Part shown: in pieces, positions 1-16,629 of the stretch
Numbering within the stretch: position 1 is the first letter of the stretch
Layout of the letters: every line of letters begins with the position of its first letter
NCBI RefSeq assembly: GCF_009914755.1
Contig: NC_060944.1
Length of the DNA stretch: 64,000 nt
Direction: 5' to 3' (one strand)
DNA from: the human T2T-CHM13v2.0 reference genome, Homo sapiens
Made by a program: the position numbers and the translations under genes
Notes under the pieces: model-generated
Seen by the model: the letters and a program-made list of their open reading frames with translations, nothing else
Told to the model about the DNA's origin: nothing
Database searches by the model: none

Positions 1-2639
1 AATCAAGGACATCGGAAGTGAGCCTGGGGGAGCAAAGTTTACTCTATCTTTTAAATAATAATTTTCTTTATTTCTTTTAATAATACATTCTTTAGAAATC
101 ATAAGGCTAGGTATTAAAACTTGTGATACCAGTGTGCTCAAATTATGTCTACCATTGGAGATTCTCACTTTTATTTTTTGAATTTATATTTTAGAAAAAA
201 TTACCTGTCCCTGTTTAAATGTATATTCATCCCAATATAAAATACATAAATAAAATGATATAGACTCAATACTTTAAAAAAAACTTAAATTCTAACATTC
301 TGTAGTTCTTCCACATCTCATTTGTAAAACAAGTAACTGATTTTTAAATTAATGCCCTATAAATAGGTTAAATTTATTTTTAAATTTGCCCTCCAGAGAA
401 AAGGGTTGTAGCATTTTATTTTTAACACACAAAATCAATCTAGATATTGAAAAAACCTTGTCATTGGCAGATATTCTAACAGATGATCTAACCACTGATT
501 TTTGCCTATGATTTATGGCAATTTTTTATTTGAATCTGTAGGATGTAAATACTTTTTACGCTGAACAAGTCACCAAACAGTACAAGACTTTAAGCTAAAA
601 GTAGCTAGGAAATACATAGGGAATCTTAAGGTGTTTGAAACAAAGATTTTACGACGCTTATCGTCTGCTGAAAGAAAAAAAATCGTTTCTTCATTTCTGA
701 TAATGTCAGAATAGATAGGCCATTGTTGCACACATAACTGAGTCTGACTGTAAGAATGAATTATCCCAAGTGAAATCCTCTAAATGCTTACTTAACGCTA
801 TAGGATGAAAAATTGCAAGCAAGAAAAGTTGAAAAGCAAGCCTTGGGGGAAGGAAGAGAGTATCAACATCACAATGAAATCTGCATTTGGCATTTTAAGT
901 AGGATCCTGTAGCAGGATGTAGAGGAGCCTGCTGTGTTTAAAAATGATCTTTTGCCCTTGTGTGTATATGTTTCAGCATTGAAATAATCAGTCCTCTTTC
1001 AAATATAATTTGATAGCATAATTAAAGTACCCCACTAGCACAACTTTTGAAGCTAAACTTTTCCTTTTTCTTGTGCACTTAGAAATTTTTTCACTTGTAT
1101 TTGATAGCCCAGACCAATTGACTTAGAATTCCCTGCTTGATATTGTAAAGAATTTACTTCTATTTATGTCTTCTAACACATAAAATGTTCTAAACTTTCA
1201 CCTCTAGTTATGGTAGCATGTAGGCAATGAAGCCTAACAGGACATCTGACTAAACTAGATGTGACATGTTAGTATCACAATACATCAAATTTGATATAAT
1301 GCCCTTTTTTCACTTTACATTATAAAATATGATTTTGCTTTTTCGTACTTTTTGCTTTTCTTTTTAGATTCAGTAATATATAAAAATATCAAGTCTTAAA
1401 ATTTAGTGAACCCAAGACCTAACGCCTTGAAGTAATTAACAAATAAGACACCATGTCTTTGCCTGTGCATATGCATTTAAACATATTTATTAATACAGTC
1501 ATGTTGGAGGGCGTGATTTACACAGCATCTTTTAGATATTCAGAGGTTACTTTGGAGCAGCCTATACTTTTGACCTTTAGCAATGTTCTTGCAAACCAGT
1601 CATTCAATTCTACTGGAATGAGATTAAAACAATCCAAGTATGGCTGGTATTCATATGCTTCTCCTTGTTTCCCTCTCCCCTCCCACCACTCCAAGGCTCT
1701 GGTAAAGACATTTTTGTTTTTGTTCTCCAGTCTCCTTATATAGGTCTAATCTATTACTCTTTATTCAACAATGTGTGTATATTGTAGTGACTAATTTCTT
1801 ATTAATTCCTCTACCGAGACTCTTCTGCAAAATTCTTGAGAAAATGAATTCATTAATTCTTCTTAAATTCTGGTTGCCGTTTATGGTTGGCCCTTAGATT
1901 TTGGGATTCAAGTCTACCATTCACAGCCTAGAGAGACAAACATGATAGCAGTTGTTTTCTTTTGGATAAAGGAGTTAAGATTTCTTCCATATAAACAGTT
2001 GGGGAAAAAGCAGACATATTTATTAGGCCCTATTTAAGAGTTTATTCACTCTGTTTAAAAAAATCATTAAAAACTTCAAAAGAAAAAGCAAAGACAGTGT
2101 GGAAGTAACTTTCAATGCTGAACATTGAACATTGAAACTTGAACATTAAAGCTTGAACATTGGCTTACAAACACACCAACAGAACAATTATTATATGTAT
2201 GTAACTTTGACTGTATGAATTTACATGCCAACTTGTAGATTTCTTTGTAGAAAAGAAAACATGAAAGATTAACGTATGGTTTTATAGACCGTTAACAAGA
2301 GCTGTATTTTATCTACCAGTCTTATTTTAACATTTCTCCCCACATCATCTTTGTATGCCAGTTCCACAAAATGTATTTTAAACCAGTTTTACCTTCTTTT
2401 TGGTTCCCTCATTAATGAGTTGTATATAATCTTAAAATATGTTTATCCTAGGTTTGTGTGAGAATTATCTTTTTAGTATTAAACTTCTAACTTTTGGTTA
2501 TGCCCCAGATAACAGAGGAAAAGAAATGATTATACTTGAAGCATTTTTTTATTCCAATTAATCTCCGTAGTAAATCTATTAAATTTAGCTCAAGTTACAT
2601 TTGTGGAATGACTACTTATACAGGTAATGTGATAGCACC

Positions 2640-3394
2640 TGAAAGGGGAAAGGTTTCCTTGTCCCTCTTGCAGGGCATGTGACAGGGGAAGTGGCTTGCT
2701 TCTTCAGTGCCCTGCTGCTCAAACCTCTCGAGGAGGATACAGATGGGCAGGCTGCAGGGCTCCGACCCCACAGCAGTGTCCAGGGGTGAATGTTTACAGC
2801 TCCTGAAGCCCCAGTGGGTGAGTGTTTATAGGGTGCTCTTTTAGTTTTGCCATCTATAGGGTTGTGTTAACCAACTCAATTACACGCCCTACCTTGCTGC
2901 AAGGACAGAGGGCTTTCTGTACCCCAGGTTCTTGCCTTGATGTACTGGAAGAATTGGCTCACACCTGGGCTTGGAGAATGAGTGCAAGGTTTTATTTAGT
3001 GGCAGTGTCTCTCAGCAGATGGGGGAGCCAGAAGGGAGATGGTTTTTCCCTGATGTGGGGCCGTGGAGCTTCTCCAACTGCTCTGGCCAAATTCTGCATC
3101 ATTCTACTGGCCGATGGCCTGCTGGCCTGCCGGTATCTTCCACCTGCGTGCTCCTGTTGACATCCTCTGGATGTCTATCCGCTTGTGTGTCTGCCTGCTA
3201 GGGTCTCAGAGATTTTTATACATACAGGATGGGGGCATAGCATTCAAGGGTGGTCTTAGGAAATGCAACATTTGGGCAGAAGGCAGGTGAAGCCCTAGCC
3301 AGGGACCATGCCCTCCTTTACCCAGCACTTCCCTTCCCCACTTCCGTATCATTTAAAGGGATCATGCCCTTCCCTTCCCAGCACTCCCATATCA
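2640..3394 (-). mobile_element. ERV1 solo LTR of the LTR27/LTR28/MER52/LTR1 group
   Basis: Minus strand starts TGATATGGGAGTGCTGGGAAGGGAAGGGCATGATCCCTTTAAATGATACGGAAG, typical of this group. TG...CA ends, a TATA-like tatatataaaa, GC-richer than the flanks, near-TSD cacc/cagc. Confidence 0.75.
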
Positions 3395-6300
3395 CAGCTA
3401 CTCATAAAAAGTGTCTACCATCTGGTCGCTTCACTCCAAGAGATCCACGTAAGAAAATTTAAAAGAAGATATACAAGATAATAAGTGATAAACATTTATA
3501 GATAGTTATAATAAAATGGATCATAAGAAAGGTGAAAGGCTGTAGAAACTGATTAAATAAAAATAACGTTATCTACAAATTCAGAGAATATACCATTCAT
3601 ACTAAAAATTAAGTGCATATTCAACTTATGTTAAAAATGACACTGTAACCACTCTTCTACTCTCGATGAAGTCAACTTTTCTGTCAAATTTAAAGGATGA
3701 TACTGTACAGCATTTCTCACTAACCATATTTTTTCAGCCTTTTTCTTTCTACTCTAACAGCCCTTTAATGTTCTCAAAATTCTTGGCTGATGCCTCTTAC
3801 TTAATGCACCAAGCATTCAACAGTCAGCTACTTGGAATGTGACGGGTATGGTGGATATGGATGTTTCTTCAGCCATTAAGGACATCAATTGTAACTGAAC
3901 AGTAACCACAGACAAAAAGGCTTATGAGATAATAACTAGTTCTCCACAATTTAACACTCTCAGTGAAAACCACCCATGACTTAATAATGTAACATTCTTT
4001 ATTTTGGTAGAAATATGAAAAAAATCAGATTCATAATACATTTGTCTTGAATTTTTTTTACTCATAAAGAAGAATTTTATCAGGAACGCTCATGACTTCT
4101 ACTGCCTCAGCTTTCTCTTAGGCATGATTTTAGATGAAAAATGTTTCTTAAACGAGGTTTTATATTGATCTCCCATTATACTCAAGTAGTCCCTAACATA
4201 AAAAACTCACAAGTACATAGTAAGTTTGAAGATAACAGATTTGTAAGTTTGATTTTCAATAGAAAGTACTTTATCCTAATTTACTTAGAAGAGAATAGCA
4301 TATTTAGAAATGAAAAATAGTTTTCACTTTTTAATGCAACTAGTTAAAAATAGTTAACTGATTCTCATAAGGGGAAGGTATTTTGTAGTACTTAAGACAA
4401 AAATGATATACTTGTAAATATTACAGATACATTTTAAAGTTGACAGAGTATTCTCAGCCATTTTAAGTTATAATCTGTCAAAGACAAAATTATGCCACTA
4501 CAGAGGATCCAAGATTATAGGTCTGATCTGTCAGTCATGAAGGTTTATAACAAATAGTATAGATTGAAGCAGATCAAGCATGAAGTCCAAGAAAATCGTC
4601 TAATGCTCTGTTGTATTGGCAAATTCCAAAGGTGTGGAGACTATAAAATTAGAAAGTGGCAAGTGAATAGTTTGAGAGACTGTGGGCTCATCAATGGAGA
4701 CATGACATAAACAACAGAATTACTTTACAAAAGGAAAATGGACATTTTCCAGAGACTATCATCCCACCTCTAATTGCTTTAACTAGTACACAAATGACTT
4801 CCTAAGATGACAAGTATCAATCTTTCATCAACCTTTCTCTGCAGTGATGCATAAAACAGATGATGTTAAGATATCCAATGGAAGTGTCAGGGTCAATAAC
4901 ATAGGACATAATAATATAAAATCACTGCAGTACTTATTCCACTGTTAGAAAAAAAGATAACAAAAAATAACATACCAGATTACTGGCGTTGAGGTTGAGC
5001 ATGACTTTGCAGGAATGACCAGGGCCTAAAATATGCCTCTCATTTATTTCAATGAGTATTTATGAAGCCAAAACTCTCTTCATATATTAGACAAGGTGTT
5101 GGAGAAAAAAGAAAGAAAAAGAGACGTGTGGTCCCTCCCTGCTGTCACAAAGTTTACTCAAGTAACGTGTACTCAAGCAAGGAAGCAGCATAGCATATTG
5201 CAATAGTGTTTCAAAAGGAAAATACAAGTTAACTGCAGCAGCACATTTAGGAGAAAACAATTTTCCAGGAAGGATTTTTGGAGACATAGTCATTACAGGA
5301 GTAATTACTCATCATACTTAATACATACATACATTTATAATAGGTTGTACTTTTGCATACTACAATTCAAATGTGCCAATTTATTTAGCCTATAAGAGTT
5401 TATTTTCTTTAGTCTATATGACTTTATCTTGCCCCATTACTCCTATTATTTAAAAAAAGAGAAGAAAAATACATACATACATATGCATATACACATCTAT
5501 ATGTATATGATAACTCAGTCTCTACTGATTTAAAAATAGTTAATACTAATCAATTCAAATATTCTCTCAAAGTCAACCAAAATTAATAGCCTCTGCTCAG
5601 AAATCATACATAAATCTAAAGTCTTCACACTTATGCTGTACCTTCATGAATTTTTGTTTATGTAAATCAATATTTTATGCCAAAAATAGAATGCTTCTTA
5701 GAAAATAATTGAAAGAAGGAAATTCATTGTATAACAGAAGAGTAGCAGTTGATTGAGACAAAGAGATTGTTATATGCATGAGTTAAAATGCTTAATTGTG
5801 TTGGATCCTATATCAGAACTAATTTACTCTCTTTTTAGGTTAGCATTGAGGTGAATCCCTTGATGATAAAGCCATGTCATCACCTGTTTTACTCTAAACA
5901 AAGACATTTATAAAAATGGTAAACCTGATTATATTTCATAGTATTCAGAAAGATTCTTGTGTAAGATTATTAATTTTTACAATGCTCCTATTGTCAGCTG
6001 AGGTAAAATTAATTAGAACAACCGTATCCTAGGAAAATAGAGTCAATGAGCAAAGATTATCACATATTTAAAGGAAATAAGAGCAGATGAAAGCTGTTCC
6101 TGAGGAATGAAGTAAAGAGAGTTTGAGACGGTGGAAGATGGAACAGGAAGAAAAAAATAAGATAAAATGGTGACATCTCTTAAAATTGTTTTGGAAGGGT
6201 CATTTACACACTATGGATGAATAGCAACTTATTCCTAGAAAATGCTTGTTGCCTAGGTTGTGCAAATTCTCAGTTATGGATAGATTTAGTTATTGATCAA

Positions 6301-7669
6301 TCATACTGCTTTCGAGAATTTTAATCTGTTTAGATTTCTTAAAAAGTTCCCATGTATATAAACAAAGTCCATTTACTTGATGGCATTATATTAGCCTTAG
6401 GATATTTGGAGGACTTGCATACTTGGAGACAAGGGCATTCCAGATGTCAGATGTTTTCAGGACAACCCTCTCACCCAGTGAGACAGATTGTATGTTTTTT
6501 CCACTGTGACTTGCTCCGATTTATATTTCCTTCAGCCCAGAAAGGATTATTGTAATATATCAAGTTCATCAGCATTTTTTAAATTCTTACATTAATCTAT
6601 TTAAGTTGAGGTTCTATTTTACCTCAAAGATATCTATTACCTGTATTTATCTATCCAATCGAGTTCTTGCCACATATATATACTTTTTTAATTCTGCAAT
6701 TCCTCTGAAGTTTTTAAGAGATCTTTGCTTGCTGGTTAGAATAATCCTCAAGTTTTTCTAATCATAGCACTTTTATTTTCTCATTCTTCTGATTAAAATT
6801 CTATCCTCTTCATTTGCAAAGGTGAATATATTTGGAACTGTCATCTCCAATGAATGAAAAGCAATTAGAAACCCTAGAAAAGATATTTGAAATAATTATT
6901 ACAAACCATTTTATAATTTGTTAATTTTTCCAGATTTCTATAAAAAGCAAATGCAAATAGGAAAGAAACAAGAACTGGGCTTTCATATATTTTCCAATCT
7001 GAGCTGACTTCAAGACATGAAGATTAACTAGTGGTAAACAAGAGAAAATAAATTTAAAATGAGGACAAATGTAGAAGTTATCAAAGATTACAATTTTTTA
7101 AAATCTCAAAGCTTTTGTTGAAAGAGGTTCCCATCAAAGGAATTTGTATCAAAAAGAAAATGAATAAAGCTGAAATGTAATTAGAATCAATGAGAAAATA
7201 TCAGAGCTGGAAGGACATTAATAAATCCTTAGTAAAAATAGCATTATACAGATGAAAAAAAGTCAGGGGTCAAGAAACTTAATTGATTTGTCTAAGGTCA
7301 TGTTATTTGTCAATTTATTTCCAAGACCAGTGTTTCTCCAAATAGAGATTAATGAAAAGAAGAAAGAAAAAAGAAGAAAAAGCAGTTCTCCACATTTTTT
7401 TTTTTTTTCTGCCTGGAGGTCGTGATTCATTTGGTGTGGAATGGAGCATTCACATTTCCTGTTTCCTTGGCTAACAGCAGAAAACTATTAAATGGAAGAA
7501 AATAAGATGTGAACTGAAGTGGCAGAAAAAAGTAAATGAAAAAAAAACAGAACAGGAGACTTTGTTTTTGGCAGTTTTTTAATTATACATATATCTCCCT
7601 CAGCAGCCACATGAGGAGGGCCGGCTGGGTCTTTCTCCATTCTTTGGGCGAGTATATTTCAAAATATGT

Positions 7670-7795
7670 TTAAGAGACTATCACATCCAAATCACCAGAG
7701 GGGAGATCGTAGCTAGTCCCAGGCTTTTTTCCACGTAACTTAGTAAAAATCTCTGTGAATAGTTCCCCAAATTCTGCATTTTTAACAAGCTCCCC
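7670..7795. mobile_element. MER5A-like hAT-Charlie fragment
   Basis: Contains cacatccaaatcacc...ttctgcatttttaacaagctcccc, characteristic of MER5. Confidence 0.5.
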
Positions 7796-8128
7796 GCTTA
7801 TGGAGCTGTCTCCTTGAGTGCAGGAAGGACAGGCTGTTTTACTTTATAACTGGGACAGCAAGTACAGATCCTGGTTCGTAGGAGGTGCCTAGAAAATACA
7901 TGATAGGTAATTAGTTAAATTGAATTAATAACTATAATAAGTAGTAAAACTTAATAAATGCTAGTATTTTTTTAATTGTATATATCTACTACTAGATACA
8001 AACTTTGAGTGGTGGTGTTCATTTACCAAAGTTTTGGTTTTTACACTTTTCCAAAAAATGTCAATTGCTATTCTGTACTCTATACAATCAGAAGGAAGTC
8101 AGTTTGAGCACATAAAAATGACATAATA

Positions 8129-8558
<430 letters not shown>

Positions 8559-11500
8559 TTATGATAAGACTAAACATGTAATGTAGCTGTAGGTTGAAAT
8601 AAACTTGAAACACTCTAGTGTCTGCATACCTTTTGCTTTCCCCAAGAACTATTTCTGCAAAATATTCACTAGCCTGCAGAGATAACCCACATAGACTATG
8701 TTATTAATATGCAATCTTCCTTCCTGAAACAGTTTACATATGCAGTATATAGCATCTAGACCTTGTAATTGAATTTTCAAAGTTTGCTGTGGTTTGGGAG
8801 CTGCATATGGGTCAGTAATCATTATCCAGACACCATCATTTATAGTACACATACAATTAATCAACTCATTAATTATGGAAAGAGTCTCAGGGAAGGCTAG
8901 TACACCTATTTCTTAAACAAATATGTTACCCTTGAGCTGTAAAAGTAGCATTTCCATCAGCCATTGCCTTAGATTATTGTTAGATATTTGTTCTGGGATC
9001 TTTTAAAACAAGGCCCATAAGAAGAGTCAATATAAAAATCTTTCAGACATAAGGCCTGTCGTATATGTTCACTGAATTTAATCACTTTCTGGTTAACTCA
9101 CTGTTCAAGTCAGCTTTGGATCTTTATCTTCTGAAGCTAATGTCAATAACACCTTATTTTTAATTTAACTAAATCCAGCCAAACGTAGGAGAAACAAATC
9201 ATGCTTCTTTTCATTACTAGTTTTAGTAGATTTTTTGCCAGGGCAAAATTGGTAATTAGGGACAGTAAAGTATTCTTCAAATATTTTTTTCTTGTTATAC
9301 ATTTGTAAGCCCAGGAGGTTGTTAAATGGAGACACTTTATGGATGCAGAAAGGAAAAAAAAATCAGTAAATATATCTTTTCACATTCTTGGCTCATTAGC
9401 TAACCAGATGAATTTCCTTTCCTCTTCGTCAATCCCACTCTTTTGCTATTTTTTCCCTACTCCGAGCAATTTATCTTCATGTTGCACTGACTCACATTAT
9501 GACCTACAAAACTCCTTGTAAAAAGACACACAACAGAAAAAGAGGCTAATTGTGTAAGATAAATGCCAACCTAAAATAATGATAAAATATAATTTGATTT
9601 CAGCTTAAGGAAGAGAGAGGAAGGGCTAGTTATTTAATAGAGTTTTTGTTAAATATACGGTGAGCTTAAGGAAGAGGAACAGCTGTTTGCCATCTTCATT
9701 GAAGTCAGATGTAGCTTAGACTTAATATGAGAGACATGAAGAAGAGATTTTTGTCTATAGATTTCTAATGGGAATTTTAGTCAGAGGACCATGCAACCAT
9801 AGAATTTTATTTCTTGTAAGATGTAGAGACATACGAGATAATTTATGACCCATTCAACTTAAAGGTAGGAGGAAAGATCAGTTGGTATTTTAAGGGTTCC
9901 TCTTTTCCGATACCACATTGTCCTGACTTCTTTGAGCCTCAGTTTTCCATCTCTGAGCTCCTTTGATTTGAAGTTATAAAATACCACAGAGTTCAAGGCT
10001 TACACTTTTAGCTCTTTGGGACAATGTCTAGGAGAGCATGAGGAATGACCAAGAGTAAGCTGAGATCCTGAAGTTTTAGAGTAGTCTCTTTTGTCTCAAA
10101 ATTTAACCCTTTCAAGTGCTTTTAGTGGAGGATTGTGCATGAAAGAGACACCTGCTTCTTATTACCTAGACCTTGTCTCTATCTATTAGATACATTTCTA
10201 TCTCACCGAGTTACACTCCCAAATACTAAATTTGCCCCAGTTCTCCCTGTGCCATTGTTTCATGGCCAGTTGTGAAATTTTGTTCTCCATACTGCTAAGA
10301 AAATAAATGTACAGTGTGATAAGTGGTGTTATGTAAAATGTGGGAGTGGTAGACTGAAGAAAGCCTCTGGGCAAGGAAAACATAAAAAAGTCAACAAAAT
10401 GCTTCAAGATTGTTTGTTTTAAATTGTTATAAAGAGGAAACAGAACATAAAAATATGGTATGTGAAAGTAAAGAATTTCATGGAGGTTTCCAACTACACT
10501 TTAGTTATGGATATCTTTTTTTTTTTTAGAAAGAAAGCTTTTGAGCTACTTTAACATGGACCTTAGATAAGAACTGAAGTTCAATTGGCAAAACAGTAGG
10601 AAATTTGAAGCTTCTACTATACCTCAGGGAATGTGGAAATAGTTTCAGGGACCATGCATTTCTGCTCACATAACCAGTTTTAAAACCATAGCCCTCAATG
10701 TTACAGTCAAGATTTGATGTAGCAAAAGGGCATAATTATATTTACATTGATACCTTTAATATATAGCAATATATTATTTCTTCAAACAACATAAATGTAG
10801 ACCATTAGTATTCCCTTTATGTCTTTTGCCTTAAACCAGCTATCATCAAAACACAATGTAATGCCAGTAAGGCCATGAGAAAAGAAGGGAAGTGGTATTC
10901 TGGCTGCCTAATTCGGAGCAGGAGGGAGGGAACTACCACCTATCACTCCATGTATATGCAGGGCTGATTAAACCATGCAAGAATTTCTAAAATGAATAAG
11001 TAGCTAACAACATCCTGTTTCTTCTACTTAAATTAATGAAAAAAAGTTTTGAGATTTATTTTAGGGTTTATTACCCTTTTCTTCTTAAAATATCCATTTC
11101 TACCATCTCTGGAGATATACTGTCTTACTTATCCCTTAAGTCTCTGCTTTTATTAGTCAATGTTCATAATTGGAAATATCTTTCCACCTCCATCCCTCCT
11201 TCAAGATTAAACATTCTATGAAGAACAGGGCTCATGATTGGTAAATATTCATATATCTATGTTAACTTATATGGGACAACGTATTAGTTGTTAAAATATG
11301 AATGTATCATAAAAGACTTCCTGATATTGGAGGCTTCACCCATGAGTCCAGACAAAGACACACCTATTATACAACTTACAGTTTCACAACTAATGGCCCA
11401 TGTCTAAAAATGTAAACTTGAAGTATATCTTTAATAATTTTGTTTTTGAATAATTAGTTATATTTTCAGGTGTTTTTGGAGTCTGTTTTGTTTTCATCTT

Positions 11501-11829
11501 TTTTATTCCATCAAAAAGCTCACAGATTTTAGGAATTTGGATGTGTGCTATACCAGTCTAGATAATAAATGCTGATTACAATGAAAATACTAGGTCAAGT
11601 GAAAACTGGAATCAAGTTTAAAATTATTTTTATATCTCTTCATACTTAGCCAGCAAAATACCCATGCTAGATGAGATTATTGTTCAAAATTATTGCTGTC
11701 TTCATCAAAGCAGCTCATATATTCCTTGCTAATATCATGTAACACCCACTGCTTCTCTGTGGGAGGAAAATACTTCACACCACTACTGTCAGGGTTGAGG
11801 ATGTGACTTTGTTGGTGCCTTTGTCAGCT

Positions 11830-12513
<684 letters not shown>

Positions 12514-15500
12514 CCTGGGCTAATGGAACGTGATTTAAAGTTTTTGCAAATTCTGAGTAAAAGATGAAAGATCCATTTAATGGTTGCTACAGTTCTCTTC
12601 CCTCTGCCATGAGGCCACCAGGTACTCAAACAACGCTACCTCTTTACCCTGGGCTCTGGATTAAACAGGACATTGAACAGAGCGGTAGTCTACTTGTTAG
12701 TACCATGTAAGAAGAAAATCAAGTAAATCTTTTTGTTTTCACCATTATGATTTTGAGACTTTCATGACTCTTGATACCACAACTTAGCCCAGCAAGAGCT
12801 AAGTAATAAAGTAATCATTACTTATAAATAGAAAGCTTTTATTAAATTATGTGGCTTTGGTTTTGGAGTCAGGCCTCAGGCAGCAAGGGATTTATTATTA
12901 AAGGTTGAATAAAATGCAGTAACAAACCATTTGGTAAAACTATTAGCTGCAAGTACCTAAAAGGCAATTGATTAAGCAAACAGGCTCCTGGTGATGTTAC
13001 TAGCATATCACTCTCTCCCCCAACCACTAGTTAGCTACATTTACTAGAGCTACAAAAAGTGCTTGCTACAAGAAAAAGATGAGCTCAGAAAAACACTGGC
13101 CAGTTTAGAAGAATTAAAAGAAAGAAAGACAGAAATTATCGGACTTGCAGGATTAAGAGTAAGTATTTTTCATATCCAACTTGTAAAAGATAAATTAAGA
13201 AATGTTTTGAGTGACAAGTCCCATTAGGACTCAGTCTTTGATTTAGACAAAATCCAGAGAATAGCTTTCATATCCTCGTTGAAACCAACTAATTAAGCAA
13301 CATGCCATAATTCCTTTCAGTTGGACAAAAGGGCTCCATGAAAAGAGACTAAGGATGGACTTTTACATGAAAGTCTGAAAATTTAATAAAACTCTATCTT
13401 AATTTAGAGATAGGCTTGCATATGCAAAATATCATGGATGTAACTACAGGTATGCTAAGATGACTATAAGACAAACAATTTTAAAAATTCCATTGCAGTT
13501 TTAGAGAATGGTTCTGCCAACAGGGCCACAGTACTAGATTCAAATGGACTATGGCAATTTAAGATTTAAAATGACTTTGGAACATCTAATATTCTACAGA
13601 CAGAATAAAGGTTAGAAAATGTATTCCAATCTCCCTTGCTCCCCCAGAAGGAGGACATATTTTCTAGAGTCCTCTTCAGATTTTTTAATAGAAGATAAAG
13701 GAAAAGGAATAATTTCTCAAATGTTATAGTCAAGAGTTTTGGAGAATAAGAGATAGGGGAACTACTGCTGGGGAGCATAGTTAGGGACTTTGATGAAACA
13801 TTAAGACTTCTTCAGGTAAGATTTCAGAATGGCCTGGTCTTCTCTGAGCATTCTAGTCTACCTTTTGAGAATGAAAGCTTGTGAGTATGTGTGTATAATT
13901 GTATGTGTGTATGTATATGTGAATGCATGAGAGAAAGAGAGACTCAGAATAGTTATTATAAAACACTCATATTTTTTCAAAATTTCACAATATATATATA
14001 CTATTACAGTTTTTGCATTATTTGAATTTTACCTGTGTCAGTGTAGACTTTGTTAAAATTATTCTTGAATTTTTATCTTATCTCACTCTCTTTCAATTCA
14101 TCTCTCTCTCTTTCTCTCTGTCATATAACACACACACACACACACACAGATGGCTTTTTGTAATAAAGAAGGAAACACAACTTTGAGCTAAGCAGCTAAA
14201 TTAATAGGTTGGCTGAGTTGACAATGACCTTCATAGAGAAATCTAAAGGAGAGGGAAGGTAGCATTCTCTGTCGAAAGAGTGAAACCTTTGTCAGTTATT
14301 TTATGGTATGTCATTTTTTTCCTTCTTTTTTTTTTTTTGAATGTTTGATATCTATTTGACCGTCAGTTGTACCAACTGATATTCACATGGCCTTGTAAAA
14401 AAATAAGATTTTTATTATAACTTTAAATCTGTTAGGTCCTGAGTTCAAGACTCTTCAGGAACGGAATGGAGGATAGTATGTGAGTGTAGAGTCTAATATT
14501 CTCAAAGAAAAACGGAAGACGAGACAGAATGGGGCATGTTGGTAGACATCTTCAAGCTCATATTTTTGTGTTTGGAGGTATTTATAAATGGAAGTTTCTA
14601 AATCCTCTTGTTCTTGAAATTGTGTATATTTGGAACCTACTTTTCAGTTTCTCATCCTCAAAAATTACTTTAAATTTAAGAGGACACATTTATAATTACC
14701 TTATAAATCAAAATCTAAAATTTTCTTTTTATATGTTAAATATTTATTTGTTGTTTACTTATTTATGTTGACACCATAGTGATGTTTAATTTATTATGCT
14801 TCTGAAGTAGCTTCTTAGTACATGATGGGATATATTTAATACTGCAGAACATTTCTGTACTAGACATCACACTGCCTAAGTTCTGCTTATGGGCAATATC
14901 AAACAGTCTACTCCTCTACAATGAGGAGACTAATGGGAATTCAAAGAGTAAAAAAGACATTACATCCCAGTTCCTTCTTACACTAAGCTCATCTGAGAAT
15001 CATTCTTCAGCTACCTATTGAGCAAGTTGTTTATTGTTAGGGGCCTCTGTGGAAGAGGAAAGGAGTCACTGTAATTGAAGGTGTTTATCTGGGAAGGTTC
15101 TGGGAATTTGAGAAAGACGAGATCCAAGCACTGAGCCAGTGGGAATGGAATTCAGTGATTGGAAGGCAGCATAATGGGAAATAAGATATAATGAAGGAGA
15201 CAAAGCCAACAGAAGTAGGAACATGGAACAAGCTTTAAACAATTGCTAGGAGAAAGCAAACTAGGCCATTGTATCAATGTGCCTATGCAATATTATTGTA
15301 GCTTGCAAAATTACAAAAAGTAAGAACCTCCTTCAGAGAGCTAGCACAGGGACATTAAGTTTTAAGTAGCAGAATCAAATTCAATAAGACAAAAATAGAA
15401 ACTGCATTTTATCTTACAATTAATTTCAAAATTAAATCAGGCATCTATGCTATCGGGTTGACTATATATCACATACTTAAACTCAAATTAATAAATATTT

Positions 15501-15864
15501 TTTGATAGCTTGCTATATACATGTAATAAATTATAGTAAATAAATGAGAGTAAGACTCAGATTTTCAGAAAATTACACTTCAACTTACGGGGACATAAAT
15601 CAATGTTTGGATAACTGAAAAAACAAGGTATGCCAAGTTCCATATTAGGCATACAAAGAGATAATTAAAGGGATGCAGTGGAGGAAAACAACTTATCTAG
15701 TAGGAACACAAAAGTTTTTTTAAAATATGATATTTGCTTGGAAATAAAAAAAGAAAAACCTATATAGTAAAAAGAAAAATGGTGGATATACATTCTATGC
15801 AGGAAAAAATACGTAAAAAAGTTCAAGAATTAAAATAGTGAATATATTCTAATTTGTCAAAATA

Positions 15865-16043
15865 ATTATACATATATGCATATATAATTATATATTTTCC
15901 GTATATATACATATACACACTATATATACAGTATATAGATACACTATATATACAGTTTATATAGATACACTATTTATACAGTATAGATACACTATGTATA
16001 CAGATATATATACACTATATATATGCACACTATATATATACAC

Positions 16044-16090
<47 letters not shown>

Positions 16091-16148
16091 CTCATGTAGT
16101 TGGGACTCCTCCAACTCATATAGTTGGGACTATATATGTATAAATATA

Positions 16149-16160
<12 letters not shown>
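15865..16160. repeat. TA/CA-rich minisatellite plus opposed (CA)n and (TG)n tracts
   Basis: Repeated 'tacactatatatacag' units, (CA)n at ~16055-16080 and (TG)n at ~16149-16176. Confidence 0.9.
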
Positions 16161-16179
<19 letters not shown>

Positions 16180-16629
16180 AATGGCAAAGGACTGATAAAA
16201 TGATTGAGATTTATAGCATTTTTCCCCTCATTACCCAATTCTAAACTAATAATAAAGTCTACTCTCATAAACCCATAAAATAATTTGGGAAAATAAAAAT
16301 TCACTCTTCTCATTGCAGTGATTACATATTTATTCTTTTATTTCTTTAACCATGAAAAAAACATTTTGTACTTTTCACGTAACAGAAAATGTATATAAAC
16401 TACTGGCATAAACAAAGTAAAGTTCCCATTTTTACAAAGTTCATATTCTAATGAGAAAATAGAGTAACTGATGAAGAGAATACACCTACTTGACAAATGA
16501 TAAAGTCTTTCCAAGGAAATAACATTTAAATGGAAAACTTAATGTAATGAATCAAGTACAGGAAGAGCCAACAAAAGAATTTTTCAGAATTTGGGAAGAA
16601 ATACAGAGTTGTTAGTGTGAGAAAATACG